Shown one piece after another: positions 19,080 to 29,410 of a stretch of DNA of 55,631 nucleotides (positions within the stretch are counted from its first letter, which is position 1; every line of letters starts with the position of its first letter). The position numbers were made by a program, and so were the translations under genes. Source of the stretch: Thermoplasmatota archaeon (lineage in GTDB: Archaea; Thermoplasmatota; E2; DHVEG-1); contig JARVGL010000002.1 in assembly GCA_029762575.1 (NCBI GenBank), forward strand, positions 1 to 55,631, written 5' to 3'. The notes under the pieces are model-generated. The model searched no databases. It was not told where the DNA came from and saw only the letters and a program-made list of their open reading frames with translations.

Positions 19080-20729
19080 ATGGGGAAAAAAATCACTGCT
19101 GCACGGGGGGACAGACTTCGTTGTAAGGGATGGAGACAAGAAGCTATCCTTCGGATGCTTGAGAATAACCTAGAAAACGCTGAGGTTCCAGATGAACTGA
19201 TCATTTACGGAGGCACAGGTAAGGCTGCTAGGGATTGGGATTGTTATGATGTCATCGTAAAAACATTAAAAGAACTTGAAAACGATGAGACCTTGGTCAT
19301 ACAATCAGGAAAACCTGTAGGTGTTTTTAGAACATGGGAGACATCTCCCAGGGTTGTCATGGCCAATTCAAACCTTGTTCCCCATTGGAGTAATTGGACA
19401 AAATTTTATGAACTGGAGAAGCAAGGATTGATGATGTATGGACAGATGACCGCAGGATCATGGTGCTATATTGGGACACAAGGTATCATTCAGGGTACTT
19501 ATGAGACATTCTCATCTCTTGCGAAAAAACATTATGATTCTGATCTAGGTGGAAAGATCGTTCTCACTGGTGGTATGGGTGGTATGGGTGGTGCTCAACC
19601 TTTAGCTGTGAAGATGGCTGGTGGTGTGTGTATCGATGTGGATTGTGATGAAAAACGAATAGATCGCCGAGTTAACATCGGGTTCTGTGACCAGAAACTC
19701 TTTGATGTCAAAGAGACCATTGCACTTGCAGAAAATGCAAAGGAGAACAAAACAGCGATATCTATAGGGCTTGTGGGTAATTGTGCAGATGTTTTCCCTT
19801 TACTTGTCAAGCAAGGATTCAAACCTGATGTGGTGACCGATCAGACCTCTGCTCATGATGAACTCAATGGGTATGTTCCCGTGGGATACTATGGTGATTC
19901 CTTAAAGGATGCCCTAACCTTAAGAAAAAATGATCCAGCAGAATATATCAAGAGATCCATGAAAAGCATGATGCTGCATTGTAAAGCGATGATTGAATTC
20001 CAAAAAAATGGCTCTATCGTGTTTGACTATGGGAATAATCTGAGGGGACAAGCATTAAAGGCAGGTTTGAAGAATGCCTTTGATTACCCTGGGTTTGTTC
20101 CTGCATATGTACGTCCAATGCTTTGTGTTGGTCGAGGGCCGTTCCGATGGCTTTCACTATCCGGCGACCCAGAAGATATCAAAAGAACTGATGATCTTGT
20201 AATAAAACTATTCCCCAAGGACGCCATCCTTTCAAACTGGATCACTCTTGCTGAGAGATATATACCTTGGGAAGGACTTCCTGCAAGGGTCTGTTGGTTG
20301 GCATATGGTGACCGAATGATCTTTGCCCTTGCCATCAATGATTTAGTGAGGAAAAAAGAGATAGGCCCTATTGCGATCACTAGGGATCATCTTGATAGCG
20401 GCAGTGTTGCTTCACCATATAGGGAAACGGAATCCATGAGAGATAACAGTGATGCTGTTGCTGATTGGCCGCTGTTAAATGCTCTTCTTAATTGTGCGGC
20501 GGGTGCAGATAGTGTACAGATCCATAATGGTGGCGGGGTTGGAATTGGGTTATCCACCCATGCGGGGATGGTCGTTGTCTGTGATGGAACCAAGGCAACA
20601 GACGAACGGATCAAACGTGTCTTCACAACGGACCCTGGGATTGGTGTGATACGACATGCGGATGCTGGATATAGTGAGGCAATCGAAGTCATCCACAGAT
20701 CAGATCTTAGAGATCCTATGATACCATAA
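19080..20729 (+). CDS. hutU: Urocanate hydratase
   Basis: YGQMTAGSWCYIGTQGI, GMGGMGGAQP, TDQTSAHD, RDHLDSGSVASPYRETE; start could be 19065. Confidence 0.97.
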   Translation: MGKKITAARGDRLRCKGWRQEAILRMLENNLENAEVPDELIIYGGTGKAARDWDCYDVIVKTLKELENDETLVIQSGKPVGVFRTWETSPRVVMANSNLVPHWSNWTKFYELEKQGLMMYGQMTAGSWCYIGTQGIIQGTYETFSSLAKKHYDSDLGGKIVLTGGMGGMGGAQPLAVKMAGGVCIDVDCDEKRIDRRVNIGFCDQKLFDVKETIALAENAKENKTAISIGLVGNCADVFPLLVKQGFKPDVVTDQTSAHDELNGYVPVGYYGDSLKDALTLRKNDPAEYIKRSMKSMMLHCKAMIEFQKNGSIVFDYGNNLRGQALKAGLKNAFDYPGFVPAYVRPMLCVGRGPFRWLSLSGDPEDIKRTDDLVIKLFPKDAILSNWITLAERYIPWEGLPARVCWLAYGDRMIFALAINDLVRKKEIGPIAITRDHLDSGSVASPYRETESMRDNSDAVADWPLLNALLNCAAGADSVQIHNGGGVGIGLSTHAGMVVVCDGTKATDERIKRVFTTDPGIGVIRHADAGYSEAIEVIHRSDLRDPMIP

Positions 20730-20792
20730 TTCTGATTTAACGGAGGATAAGATTTTTAAAAGATGCTTTCTTCCCAGGATATGTAGATCTAA

Positions 20793-21887
20793 ATGGAAAA
20801 TATTTCTCGATACGCCAATCTATTCATCGGTCAGCTCTTAGACATCTTTGGGTTTCAAACAGAACCGATCGTGCGTGAAATCCTAACAATGATTATATTG
20901 TTGATACTCTGGCTTTTTTTTGGTTGGCTTATCTATACGATCATTGAACGGTATTTCATGAAGTTAGCTAAGAAGACAAAGACGAAACTTGATGATGAGA
21001 TATTAAAAAACATTAAATTACCTCTCTATCTCTTCATTATTGTCACTGGTTTTTATTATACGATTGAACCATTGAGTTTTATTCAACCGTTTACAGATAC
21101 AGTGGCATTACTCTTTGTCATTATCGAGATTTTACTTGCTACCTTTGTAGTAACAAGAATAGTCAATGTACTCGTTTCATGGTATCATGAGAAACAGAAA
21201 GAGAAAAAAAGGGATCTAAGCGACCATCTCATCTTCATATTAAGAAAGATAATTCATCTTATTATCTATCTTTTTGCTTTCTTCATTATTCTCTATGTGT
21301 TTGAGATCGATCTCTCCGGTGTTGTTGTTGGTCTAGGTGTCGGAGGTATCGCGATTGCCTTTGCATTGCAAAATATTCTTGGAGATGTATTTAGTGCTTT
21401 TACCATCTATTTTGATAGACCCTTTGAGATTGGGGATTATATCACCATTGGATCAGATGCAGGTGTTGTTAAAAAAATTGGGATTAAATCAACACGTATC
21501 CAGACACTTCAAGGAGAAGAACTAGTTGTGTCAAATCATGAATTAGTGAACACCCGTATACGCAACTTCAAAAAGATGAAGAAACGGCGTATCACCTTTA
21601 CTTTTGGTGTCATCTATGATACTCCTCAGGAGAAATTAAAAAAAATACCAGATATCGTGAAAAAGATTCTTAGTTCCCTAAATCTTGCAGAGTTGGATAG
21701 GGTACATTTCAAGGAATTTGGTAGTTTCAGCCTCACTTTTGAAGTGGTCTACTATATTAAATCAAAAGAGTATTCTCGATATATGGATACACAACAAGAA
21801 ATTAATCTGGAGATAAAAAAAGCTTTTGAGAAAGAAGGAATTGAAATGGCTTTCCCAACCCAAACTGTCTTTTTAAAAGATGCATGA
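20793..21887 (+). CDS. mscS: Small-conductance mechanosensitive channel
   Basis: GVGGIAIAFALQ, DRPFEIGDYI, IGIKSTRI, EGIEMAFPTQT. Confidence 0.92.
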   Translation: MENISRYANLFIGQLLDIFGFQTEPIVREILTMIILLILWLFFGWLIYTIIERYFMKLAKKTKTKLDDEILKNIKLPLYLFIIVTGFYYTIEPLSFIQPFTDTVALLFVIIEILLATFVVTRIVNVLVSWYHEKQKEKKRDLSDHLIFILRKIIHLIIYLFAFFIILYVFEIDLSGVVVGLGVGGIAIAFALQNILGDVFSAFTIYFDRPFEIGDYITIGSDAGVVKKIGIKSTRIQTLQGEELVVSNHELVNTRIRNFKKMKKRRITFTFGVIYDTPQEKLKKIPDIVKKILSSLNLAELDRVHFKEFGSFSLTFEVVYYIKSKEYSRYMDTQQEINLEIKKAFEKEGIEMAFPTQTVFLKDA

Positions 21888-22051
21888 TTGCTTTTTTTCA
21901 TTTCTCTCTTAATTTCTATCCTAGCTTTTGTGTTTTAAGAGTATACATCTATTTTTTTGTGTTACAATGCGTTAAAAAACATAGGGTAGATAAGGCCTGT
22001 CAACATATGTGAAGAGGGATCTTACAAGATTTAAATTTAATAACATATATG

Positions 22052-22432
22052 TTATAAATAATAGGATATTGAAAGACCTAATGCTATAAAAAGCACCAAT
22101 GCAATAACGACTGCAACAACGATACTCATTAGAAATGCGAGAAACGATTTGATCCAACCCACCGTATAAAAGCGTTTGATAAGGTATAGAAAAACAACGA
22201 ATCCAAGTAAGACACCAAAGGGATAAAAGCTTAATGCAAACAAGACGATGTTACCAAGGATTACGACTGTTATGGCCCTTGATAGTTTTTTCTTCTCAAA
22301 CCCAAGAAGACCTGTTCCTATATGAAGTAAAAAAGCACTAAAAAGAAGAGTCATGAAAAAATAGAAAATGTGATGGATGAGAGTGATATCCAAACCCATT
22401 ATATCCATATTCATGCGTATCAACCCATACAA
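22052..22432 (-). CDS. Hypothetical membrane protein
   Basis: About four hydrophobic segments; fills the gap between mscS and corA; start uncertain. Confidence 0.6.
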   Translation of the reverse strand: MYGLIRMNMDIMGLDITLIHHIFYFFMTLLFSAFLLHIGTGLLGFEKKKLSRAITVVILGNIVLFALSFYPFGVLLGFVVFLYLIKRFYTVGWIKSFLAFLMSIVVAVVIALVLFIALGLSISYYL

Positions 22433-22504
22433 TCGTTACCCATTTAAAAATGTTTTAGAATAAATCACGCTACCTCTATGATGAAGTAGTGTGGATGTAG
22501 CTAG

Positions 22505-23587
22505 TTATAACCATTTTTTTCTTTTAAAGAACCATATCATGGTCACGCTGATTGAGAGCATGATGAACAATGCAAAAGGATAACCTAGGTACCAGGTAAG
22601 TTCCGGCATGTTAAACGGTGAGATATCCGCATCAAAATTCATACCATAGATACCAGCAACAAAAGTTAATGGAATGAATATTGCTGCAAAGATCGTAAGA
22701 ACCTTCATCACCTCATTCATCTTGTTAGACACACTGGACATATAGATATCAAACATCCCAGATATCATATCTCGAAATGTTTCAACAGTGTCAATGACCT
22801 GGATGGTATGATCATAGACATCTCTTAGAAAGATACCTGTTGCTTTTGTGATTAAGGGAGATTCTCCACGTAAAAGACTACTAACAACCTCTCGGAGAGG
22901 CCACACAGATTTCCGTAAAAAGATCATATCGGATTTAAATGAATGGATTCTCTGCAGCGTCTCTGGTTTTGGGTTATCTAGTAATTCATCTTCAACAGCC
23001 TCTATTGATTCACCGATGTTTTCAAGAATGTTGAAATAGTGATCGACTACAGCATCAAACAATGAATACGCCAGATAATCTGTACCCATCTTCCTGATAC
23101 GTCCCGTTCCTGAGCGTATTCGTTCCCTGATAGGGTCAAAGATGTCACCGTGACGTTCTTGAAAGCTAATGACGACATGTTTCATAAGGAGGATACTTAC
23201 TTGTTCTGATTCGATCTGCTTCTCTTTTTTTTGTTGATATAGCATTTTGAATACGAGATAGATATAATCATCAAAAATCTCCATCTTAGGCCTTTGACTC
23301 GTGTTCATGATATCTTCAAGAACAAGGGGATGGATGTTGAAATGTGTTCCAATAGCTTGTATGATAGATGGATCATGGATGCCCTCGATGTTGATCCAGG
23401 TGACACTATCAGTGTCTTTAAATGGAAAACATTCATCGATTCGATCTAAATTCTTTTCTTGTACGGTCTCTTTTGTGTAATCGATGACCTGAAGTCCAAT
23501 GGTCTCTGATGTCTTCCTCCCTATATGAATGAGGGATCCCGGTGGAAGACCTATGGTTTTTGACCCTTTTCTCATCGGTAAAGACAT
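22505..23587 (-). CDS. corA: Magnesium/cobalt transporter CorA
   Basis: HPLVLEDI, YGMNF, MPEL. Confidence 0.96.
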   Translation of the reverse strand: MSLPMRKGSKTIGLPPGSLIHIGRKTSETIGLQVIDYTKETVQEKNLDRIDECFPFKDTDSVTWINIEGIHDPSIIQAIGTHFNIHPLVLEDIMNTSQRPKMEIFDDYIYLVFKMLYQQKKEKQIESEQVSILLMKHVVISFQERHGDIFDPIRERIRSGTGRIRKMGTDYLAYSLFDAVVDHYFNILENIGESIEAVEDELLDNPKPETLQRIHSFKSDMIFLRKSVWPLREVVSSLLRGESPLITKATGIFLRDVYDHTIQVIDTVETFRDMISGMFDIYMSSVSNKMNEVMKVLTIFAAIFIPLTFVAGIYGMNFDADISPFNMPELTWYLGYPFALFIMLSISVTMIWFFKRKKWL

Positions 23588-23784
23588 ATATCTCTCACCA
23601 TAACACTATACCATTATATACAAAATCTCTTTAAATAAAAGCAGTGGAACCCTATCTTATATATTTTGTCATTTTCATGTATCAGGGTTTTTTTAGAACA
23701 AGAGAAAGCGCGGATATGTTTAGAACGAAGGGAGTATTCTTATAAATAGTCGTTTTATTACTGTGTTAGTTCATAATTCCTCTT

Positions 23785-23857
23785 AGCCCCGTGGTGTAGC
23801 GGTCAATCATCATAGACTCTGGATCTATAGACTCCAGTTCGAATCTGGACGGGGCTA
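23785..23857 (+). tRNA. tRNA-Gln(CTG)
   Basis: Acceptor AGCCCCG/CGGGGCT (A1-U72), anticodon arm ATAGA-CTCTGGA-TCTAT, GTTCGAATC; upstream TTATAAATA at 23740. Confidence 0.95.
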
Positions 23858-23861
23858 TCAA

Positions 23862-24476
23862 CTAGGATACCATTGTAACTTCAATGGTATCATCCAAATG
23901 GATAAGAGCCCCGCTACCCTTTTTTCCTATACTGCAATTAACCACCACTGTTTCTTTTAATTTTGTAACCCCTGGGTCTTCATGGATATGTCCACAAAGG
24001 ACCAATCGAGGAGTATATGTTTGAATGATCCCGTATATCTCTTTATCGCCAGCATGTCTTCCGAGAAAAACCGTATCTTGGCTTCCGTAGGGCGGAACAT
24101 GAGAGACCAATACGTCACATCCCTTTAGCATCTTTTGGTTTAACGGATTCTGTGAAAACGATTGGGTCTCTGTTGGGTCTACTCCATTGATGCCCACAAA
24201 AACGATATCTTGATAGATACATTGTTTCAAATGGATATTATTTGCATGGCTTTGTTCTATCCCTCTCACTGCATCAAGAGTATCTATGTTTCCGGGTACG
24301 ACAAGAACAATGCCAGGTATCTGATCAAGAAAGTTCTTTGCTATATCCGCTGGTCCAAACTGGGTGATATCACCACAGATGATCACAATGTCGGGGGAAT
24401 GTTCCTGGATCTTGTCTAGAACCATGTTCAAACGATATTGTGACCCATGTATATCAGCAGCAGCGTATATCTTCAT
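23862..24476 (-). CDS. Calcineurin-like metallophosphoesterase
   Basis: ADIHG, CGDIT, PGNID, SHVPP, CGHIHE. Confidence 0.9.
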   Translation of the reverse strand: MKIYAAADIHGSQYRLNMVLDKIQEHSPDIVIICGDITQFGPADIAKNFLDQIPGIVLVVPGNIDTLDAVRGIEQSHANNIHLKQCIYQDIVFVGINGVDPTETQSFSQNPLNQKMLKGCDVLVSHVPPYGSQDTVFLGRHAGDKEIYGIIQTYTPRLVLCGHIHEDPGVTKLKETVVVNCSIGKKGSGALIHLDDTIEVTMVS

Positions 24477-24781
24477 TTTTTTTTCACCTTTATTATTTGA
24501 CTTTCGTGAGGTGATACGGGTAATAGTTAATAAAATGATTTTCTGGATCGAATTTGATTTTAAGAAATCTCTTCTTTTTTTGTGTTGAGGGTCATATGGT
24601 ATTCTATCGCTTGTTCTGCTTATAATCAGATGAGATACCCTATGTATTTATCAATAGAGGTATTCTATTGATACAATCGGTGTTAAACAAGCCACTAGGA
24701 AAGAATCTTGACACATTGTATCATAAATAACCTCTAGGAACGCATAAATCAAATATACCACGAATATATTCCTGCAATACT

Positions 24782-26428
24782 ATGCCCGTTGTAACCTTTG
24801 ATTATAATGATTTCATTTCCATCCTTGGGTATGAGATACCAAAAAAGGATCTTATCGACCGTCTTCCGATGATAGGAGCTGATTTCGATAAGGTTGAAGG
24901 TGATGAAATAAGTATAGAGTTCTTTCCAGACAGACCTGATCTATCCTCGGTTGAAGGTGTCGCACGAGCCGCACGAGCATTTTTTGGATTTCAACTAGGG
25001 CTCAAAACATATACCACACAACCTTCAGAAGTTATCCTTACGGTTGATCCCTCTGTGAAACATATTCGCCCTTATGTTCGATGTGCTTTAGTAAAGAATG
25101 TCAACATGACCGATGAACTTATCACATCACTCATGGATCTACAAGAAAAACTTCATTTTGGTATCGGTCGAAACAGGAAAAAGGTCGCTATCGGTGTTCA
25201 CAACTATGAACCGGTCAAATCCCCCTTCACCTATAAAGCAGTTGATCCACAAACAGTTCAATTCGTTCCACTAGCAAAAATCGAATCAATGAATCTACAG
25301 GATATTCTCACCAAACATGAGAAAGGCGTATCATATGCACATTTACTGGACGGATTTCATACATATCCCCTCATAGTTGATGCACATAATAATGTTCTCT
25401 CGTTCCCACCAATCATCAACGGTTCGCTTACAGAGGTCACACCTTTCACCACTGAGATCTTCATCGATGTCACTGGGACAAACCTGTCTGCAGTTCAATA
25501 TGCGTTACATATCGTTACAACAGCTCTAGCTGAACGAGGGGCAACGATATATACCACGACGATACACGATAAAGACAAGACATATATCTCGCCAGATCTA
25601 ACGCCAAAAACCAAATCATTATCCATACCATATGTAAACAAGATATTAGGGACAACTTTTAATGGGTCACAGATCGATGAATGCCTTCGAAAAATGGGGT
25701 TTGAAGCAACTCTTGTATCAAAAGAACAGATTGATGTGAAAATACCATGCTGGAGAGCAGATATACTCCATGAAATCGATCTTATAGAAGATGTTGCAAT
25801 TGGATATGGCTACGATATGTTCAAACGAGATACTCCAACGGCATTAACCTTTGGAAAAAAACTTCCTTATCAATCAGCTTTCGATAAACTCCGGTTGGCA
25901 ATGATCGGATTTGGTTTTAACGAGGTCACCACGTTCACTATTTCAAATGAGAAAGATGAATATAAAAAACTAGGTCTTACCGTTGGCAAAAGGGTTGAAA
26001 TCCAGAATCCGATAGGTGAAGAATATAACTGTCTTCGAGTTAGTCTTCTTCCATCATTGTTAAAGATTCTTGCAGATAACAAACATTATAGTCTACCACA
26101 GCAGATCTTTGAGTTAGGCTTTGTTGTTGATGAAAACAATAAAAATCGCTATCATCTTGGAGGAATCAAGAGTAGTGCGAAAGCTCATTTTACCGAATGC
26201 AAATCCCTTGTTGAAGCAGTATTACATCAGATGGGAATAAAAGACACAAAGATCATAGAAAAAGATCATCCTGCGTTTGTTCAAGGACGCTGCGCAGCGG
26301 TCAACCATAAGGATGATACGGAGATAGGGTACTTTGGGGAACTACACCCACAGACAATTACAAACTTCTCATTAGAGCATCCGATCATTGCGTTTGAGAT
26401 TGATATACCAACGTTGCTATCTCACTAA
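24782..26428 (+). CDS. pheT: Phenylalanine--tRNA ligase beta subunit
   Basis: PDRPDLSSVEG, LQEKLH, SFPPIING, RADILHEIDLIEDVAIGYGY. Confidence 0.96.
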   Translation: MPVVTFDYNDFISILGYEIPKKDLIDRLPMIGADFDKVEGDEISIEFFPDRPDLSSVEGVARAARAFFGFQLGLKTYTTQPSEVILTVDPSVKHIRPYVRCALVKNVNMTDELITSLMDLQEKLHFGIGRNRKKVAIGVHNYEPVKSPFTYKAVDPQTVQFVPLAKIESMNLQDILTKHEKGVSYAHLLDGFHTYPLIVDAHNNVLSFPPIINGSLTEVTPFTTEIFIDVTGTNLSAVQYALHIVTTALAERGATIYTTTIHDKDKTYISPDLTPKTKSLSIPYVNKILGTTFNGSQIDECLRKMGFEATLVSKEQIDVKIPCWRADILHEIDLIEDVAIGYGYDMFKRDTPTALTFGKKLPYQSAFDKLRLAMIGFGFNEVTTFTISNEKDEYKKLGLTVGKRVEIQNPIGEEYNCLRVSLLPSLLKILADNKHYSLPQQIFELGFVVDENNKNRYHLGGIKSSAKAHFTECKSLVEAVLHQMGIKDTKIIEKDHPAFVQGRCAAVNHKDDTEIGYFGELHPQTITNFSLEHPIIAFEIDIPTLLSH

Positions 26429-26453
26429 AACAACAAACAAAAACATTTGAAAA

Positions 26454-27977
26454 TTACTCAAGGGAACCAATACATTTTTCGACCTCATCTAAGATTTCAC
26501 CTACTTTTACCAGTTCCTTCATTGCTGTATGATCTGGATACAATGGTCTATCTACGTCCAGGAAATCTACATATTTGCGAACGATCTCTTTAGCCTTTGT
26601 TACACCTTTTCCAAAGGTATAGTCTCTAAGATCCAAAGCCTGAGCAGCTGCCATGAATTCAATCCCTAATACCCCATAGGCATTGTCAAGGATCTGGAAA
26701 TTCTTTATCGCGGTATTCATAGCCATAGAGACAAAATCCTCTTGGTCTGCTGCAGCGGGGATAGATTGGATAGAAGCTGGATTTGAAAGGATCCGTTGTT
26801 CAACAATGAGATGGTCCGCGGTATATTGGCTTAGCATGAGGCCAGAGAACATACCTGCTCCCTTTGTAAGGAACGCTGGGAGCCCCACACTCAATGCAGG
26901 ATTATTCAATCGATTCATACGACGTTCACTTAAGATTGAGACCATGGTTATAACATAGCCTGCCATATCCATAGGTACACCAACAGGACTACCTTGGAAA
27001 TTCGCTCCAGATATCTGAAGGTCTTCCTCAGGGAAAAACACGGGGTTATCTCCAACACCATTTAGTTCAATCTCAACTTGTTCTTTTGCCCATTTAAGAG
27101 CGTCATGAGCAGATCCAATGACCTGAGGCGAGGACCGCATACTATAGGCATCTTGTACTTTACAAGGCATTTTTCCAAGTTTAAGATCACCTCCTGCAAC
27201 TAATCTTTCAATTGCTATTGCACTTCGTATCGCTCCTGGAAAACCACGGGCTTCATGTAGTTTAGGGTTATATGGTCTCATATTTGCTTTCAAGGCCTCT
27301 AAACTCATTGCAGCAGCGATCTCAGCTTGTTTTAAGAAACGGTTTGCATCATAAAGAAAGATAGCACTCATAGCAGTGAGAAAATTTGATCCATTGATGA
27401 TAGCTAGACCATCTCTAGCTTGAAGACCAGGGATAGGGATACAAGCCTTTTCCATTGCTTTTTTACCGGGGAGTAATTCTCCTTTATAATATGCTTTACC
27501 TTCTCCAATCATCAGTAACGCGATCTGAGACATTGGGGCAAGATCGCCACAGGCACCAACACTACCCTTTTGACAAACATAAGGTGTCACACCTTTATTT
27601 AACATTTCAACAAGTGTCTGAGTTATTTCTGGACGAACTGCAGATTGTCCGTGGGCATGAACATTGATACGTGCAACCATTGCACCACGGACATATTCGA
27701 CTGGGGCAGGGTCGCCAATCCCTGCTGCATGATTATAGATGAGATATTTTTGGAACTCTTTAATTTGATCAGGAGTAAGGACTATTTCAGAGAATTCACC
27801 AATGCCCGTGTTCACTCCATACATTATCTCTTCTGCTTGGATTTTTTTCTCAAGCAGTCTTCGACATTTTTCAATCTTTTTTAATGATTTTGCGTCCAAT
27901 TTCACTTTTTCTTCAAATCGTGATATCTTTACAAGTTTCTCAATGGTGAGACCTGATCCGCTTAACGTGATGGTCAT
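26454..27977 (-). CDS. hutH: Histidine ammonia-lyase (aromatic amino acid lyase family)
   Basis: YGVNTG, NHAAG, GSVGACGDLAP, LAIING, VQDAYSMR, QEDFVSM; start moved to ATG 27977. Confidence 0.88.
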   Translation of the reverse strand: MTITLSGSGLTIEKLVKISRFEEKVKLDAKSLKKIEKCRRLLEKKIQAEEIMYGVNTGIGEFSEIVLTPDQIKEFQKYLIYNHAAGIGDPAPVEYVRGAMVARINVHAHGQSAVRPEITQTLVEMLNKGVTPYVCQKGSVGACGDLAPMSQIALLMIGEGKAYYKGELLPGKKAMEKACIPIPGLQARDGLAIINGSNFLTAMSAIFLYDANRFLKQAEIAAAMSLEALKANMRPYNPKLHEARGFPGAIRSAIAIERLVAGGDLKLGKMPCKVQDAYSMRSSPQVIGSAHDALKWAKEQVEIELNGVGDNPVFFPEEDLQISGANFQGSPVGVPMDMAGYVITMVSILSERRMNRLNNPALSVGLPAFLTKGAGMFSGLMLSQYTADHLIVEQRILSNPASIQSIPAAADQEDFVSMAMNTAIKNFQILDNAYGVLGIEFMAAAQALDLRDYTFGKGVTKAKEIVRKYVDFLDVDRPLYPDHTAMKELVKVGEILDEVEKCIGSLE

Positions 27978-28233
27978 AGTGGTACCCCCGAATAATCTAT
28001 GTATCACCCGTGTATCTAATAATATACTATTAAGATTGTGATAGATACTCGATGAAAACAAAAATAAAAAAAATCTGATTGTTCTCATGTATTTATTAGT
28101 AACACATCATTTAAAGAGGAAATTATATCTAACGAAAGAGGAATAGTGGTCCTCTTATTAATTTTAACAGCATTATGAACCCTTAAATGGGTTCTCTAAA
28201 ATTCATCTTTATGAACAAATCAAGATACATCCT

Positions 28234-28785
28234 TTATTTCTGAAGGAGTCCTCTTGATGTGAGTTGGTTCACAATTTCTTCTACTGCTCTTGATATATCC
28301 TCAAAATTTCTTGCTCCAGCACATACCATCTTTCCAGATGAAAAAAGAAGTAATGCTACCTTTGGGTCATCCAATCGATAGACAAGACCGGGGAATTGCT
28401 CTGGTTCATATTCCACATTTTCTAAACCTAAACCCACAGCTACTTCATTGAGATTCAGTTCACCTTCTAGATCGGCTGTTGCTACAATGTTTTGGATGAC
28501 GATATCTTTGTCTTTGTTGACACTTATTCCTAGATTCTTCAACAAATCAGCAATGATATCTATTGTCTTATGAACGTCTTCGATTGTCTTTGCACCAGTA
28601 CAGTTAGCTCTTCCACTTTTAAAAAGAAGCGTTGCTGTTTTAGGATCGCTCAACCGGTATACTGCTCCAGGAAATTGTTCTGGTTCATATTCGACCTTGT
28701 CAAGTGATTGTGCTATGAGGTCGAGATCTAACTTTTCTGAGAATTTTGCTGATGCAACAATATTTTGTATTCTAATTTCTGCCAT
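28234..28785 (-). CDS. tbp: TATA-box binding protein
   Basis: Two repeats of IQNIVA...YEPEQFPG..YR...LLF.SG. Confidence 0.97.
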   Translation of the reverse strand: MAEIRIQNIVASAKFSEKLDLDLIAQSLDKVEYEPEQFPGAVYRLSDPKTATLLFKSGRANCTGAKTIEDVHKTIDIIADLLKNLGISVNKDKDIVIQNIVATADLEGELNLNEVAVGLGLENVEYEPEQFPGLVYRLDDPKVALLLFSSGKMVCAGARNFEDISRAVEEIVNQLTSRGLLQK

Positions 28786-29410
28786 ACTTCACTTCCCTAA
28801 TCTTTTTTAGTATTAAACATTATATTCAACGATGCATTGTATTTATATGTTTAATGTTTTCTATTGTTTTGCAAGTCGTCATTGTTTTTTAGTTTGTAAA
28901 TGTTTTGTTTGACAAGCGTTCCTAAATTATGTTGTTGTAACCTGTTGGACTATTTAATGGTACGTATAAATTTCTCATGATTATTATCCTTTTCATTAAG
29001 ATAAACATATAAGTGTCTGTTAGTCTTCAACAATCCCCGTCACCTGATCAAAGAATCATATATGAGAGGTTGAATAATCAAATATGGTTACTGGTTCGTT
29101 AAACATTGTATGATGAATTATTCTTTCTGATAGACAATGAATTTTTCATATGACTATGGTGATGTACCTCTAACCTTCTTATCAAAATCATATGGATTCA
29201 ATGATAGATTGCTTTTCTTCAAAGGTTTTTTCTTTTTTTGAGAACTCAAATGAGAATACTATACTAGTGAATAACAAGATATAATAGTGAGACGAACCAT
29301 CACACAACACAAGGATTTTTTCAAGTCATTTTGTTAAAAAACATCATACATATATTTTTATCTACATTCTTTCTTATGAACCTGCTCATAGTTTTATATG
29401 GGGAAAGAGT

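Noticed and set aside
24782..26428. pheT without adjacent pheS
   Set aside because: Split pheS/pheT loci occur in archaea; the protein looks intact and pheS is probably elsewhere.
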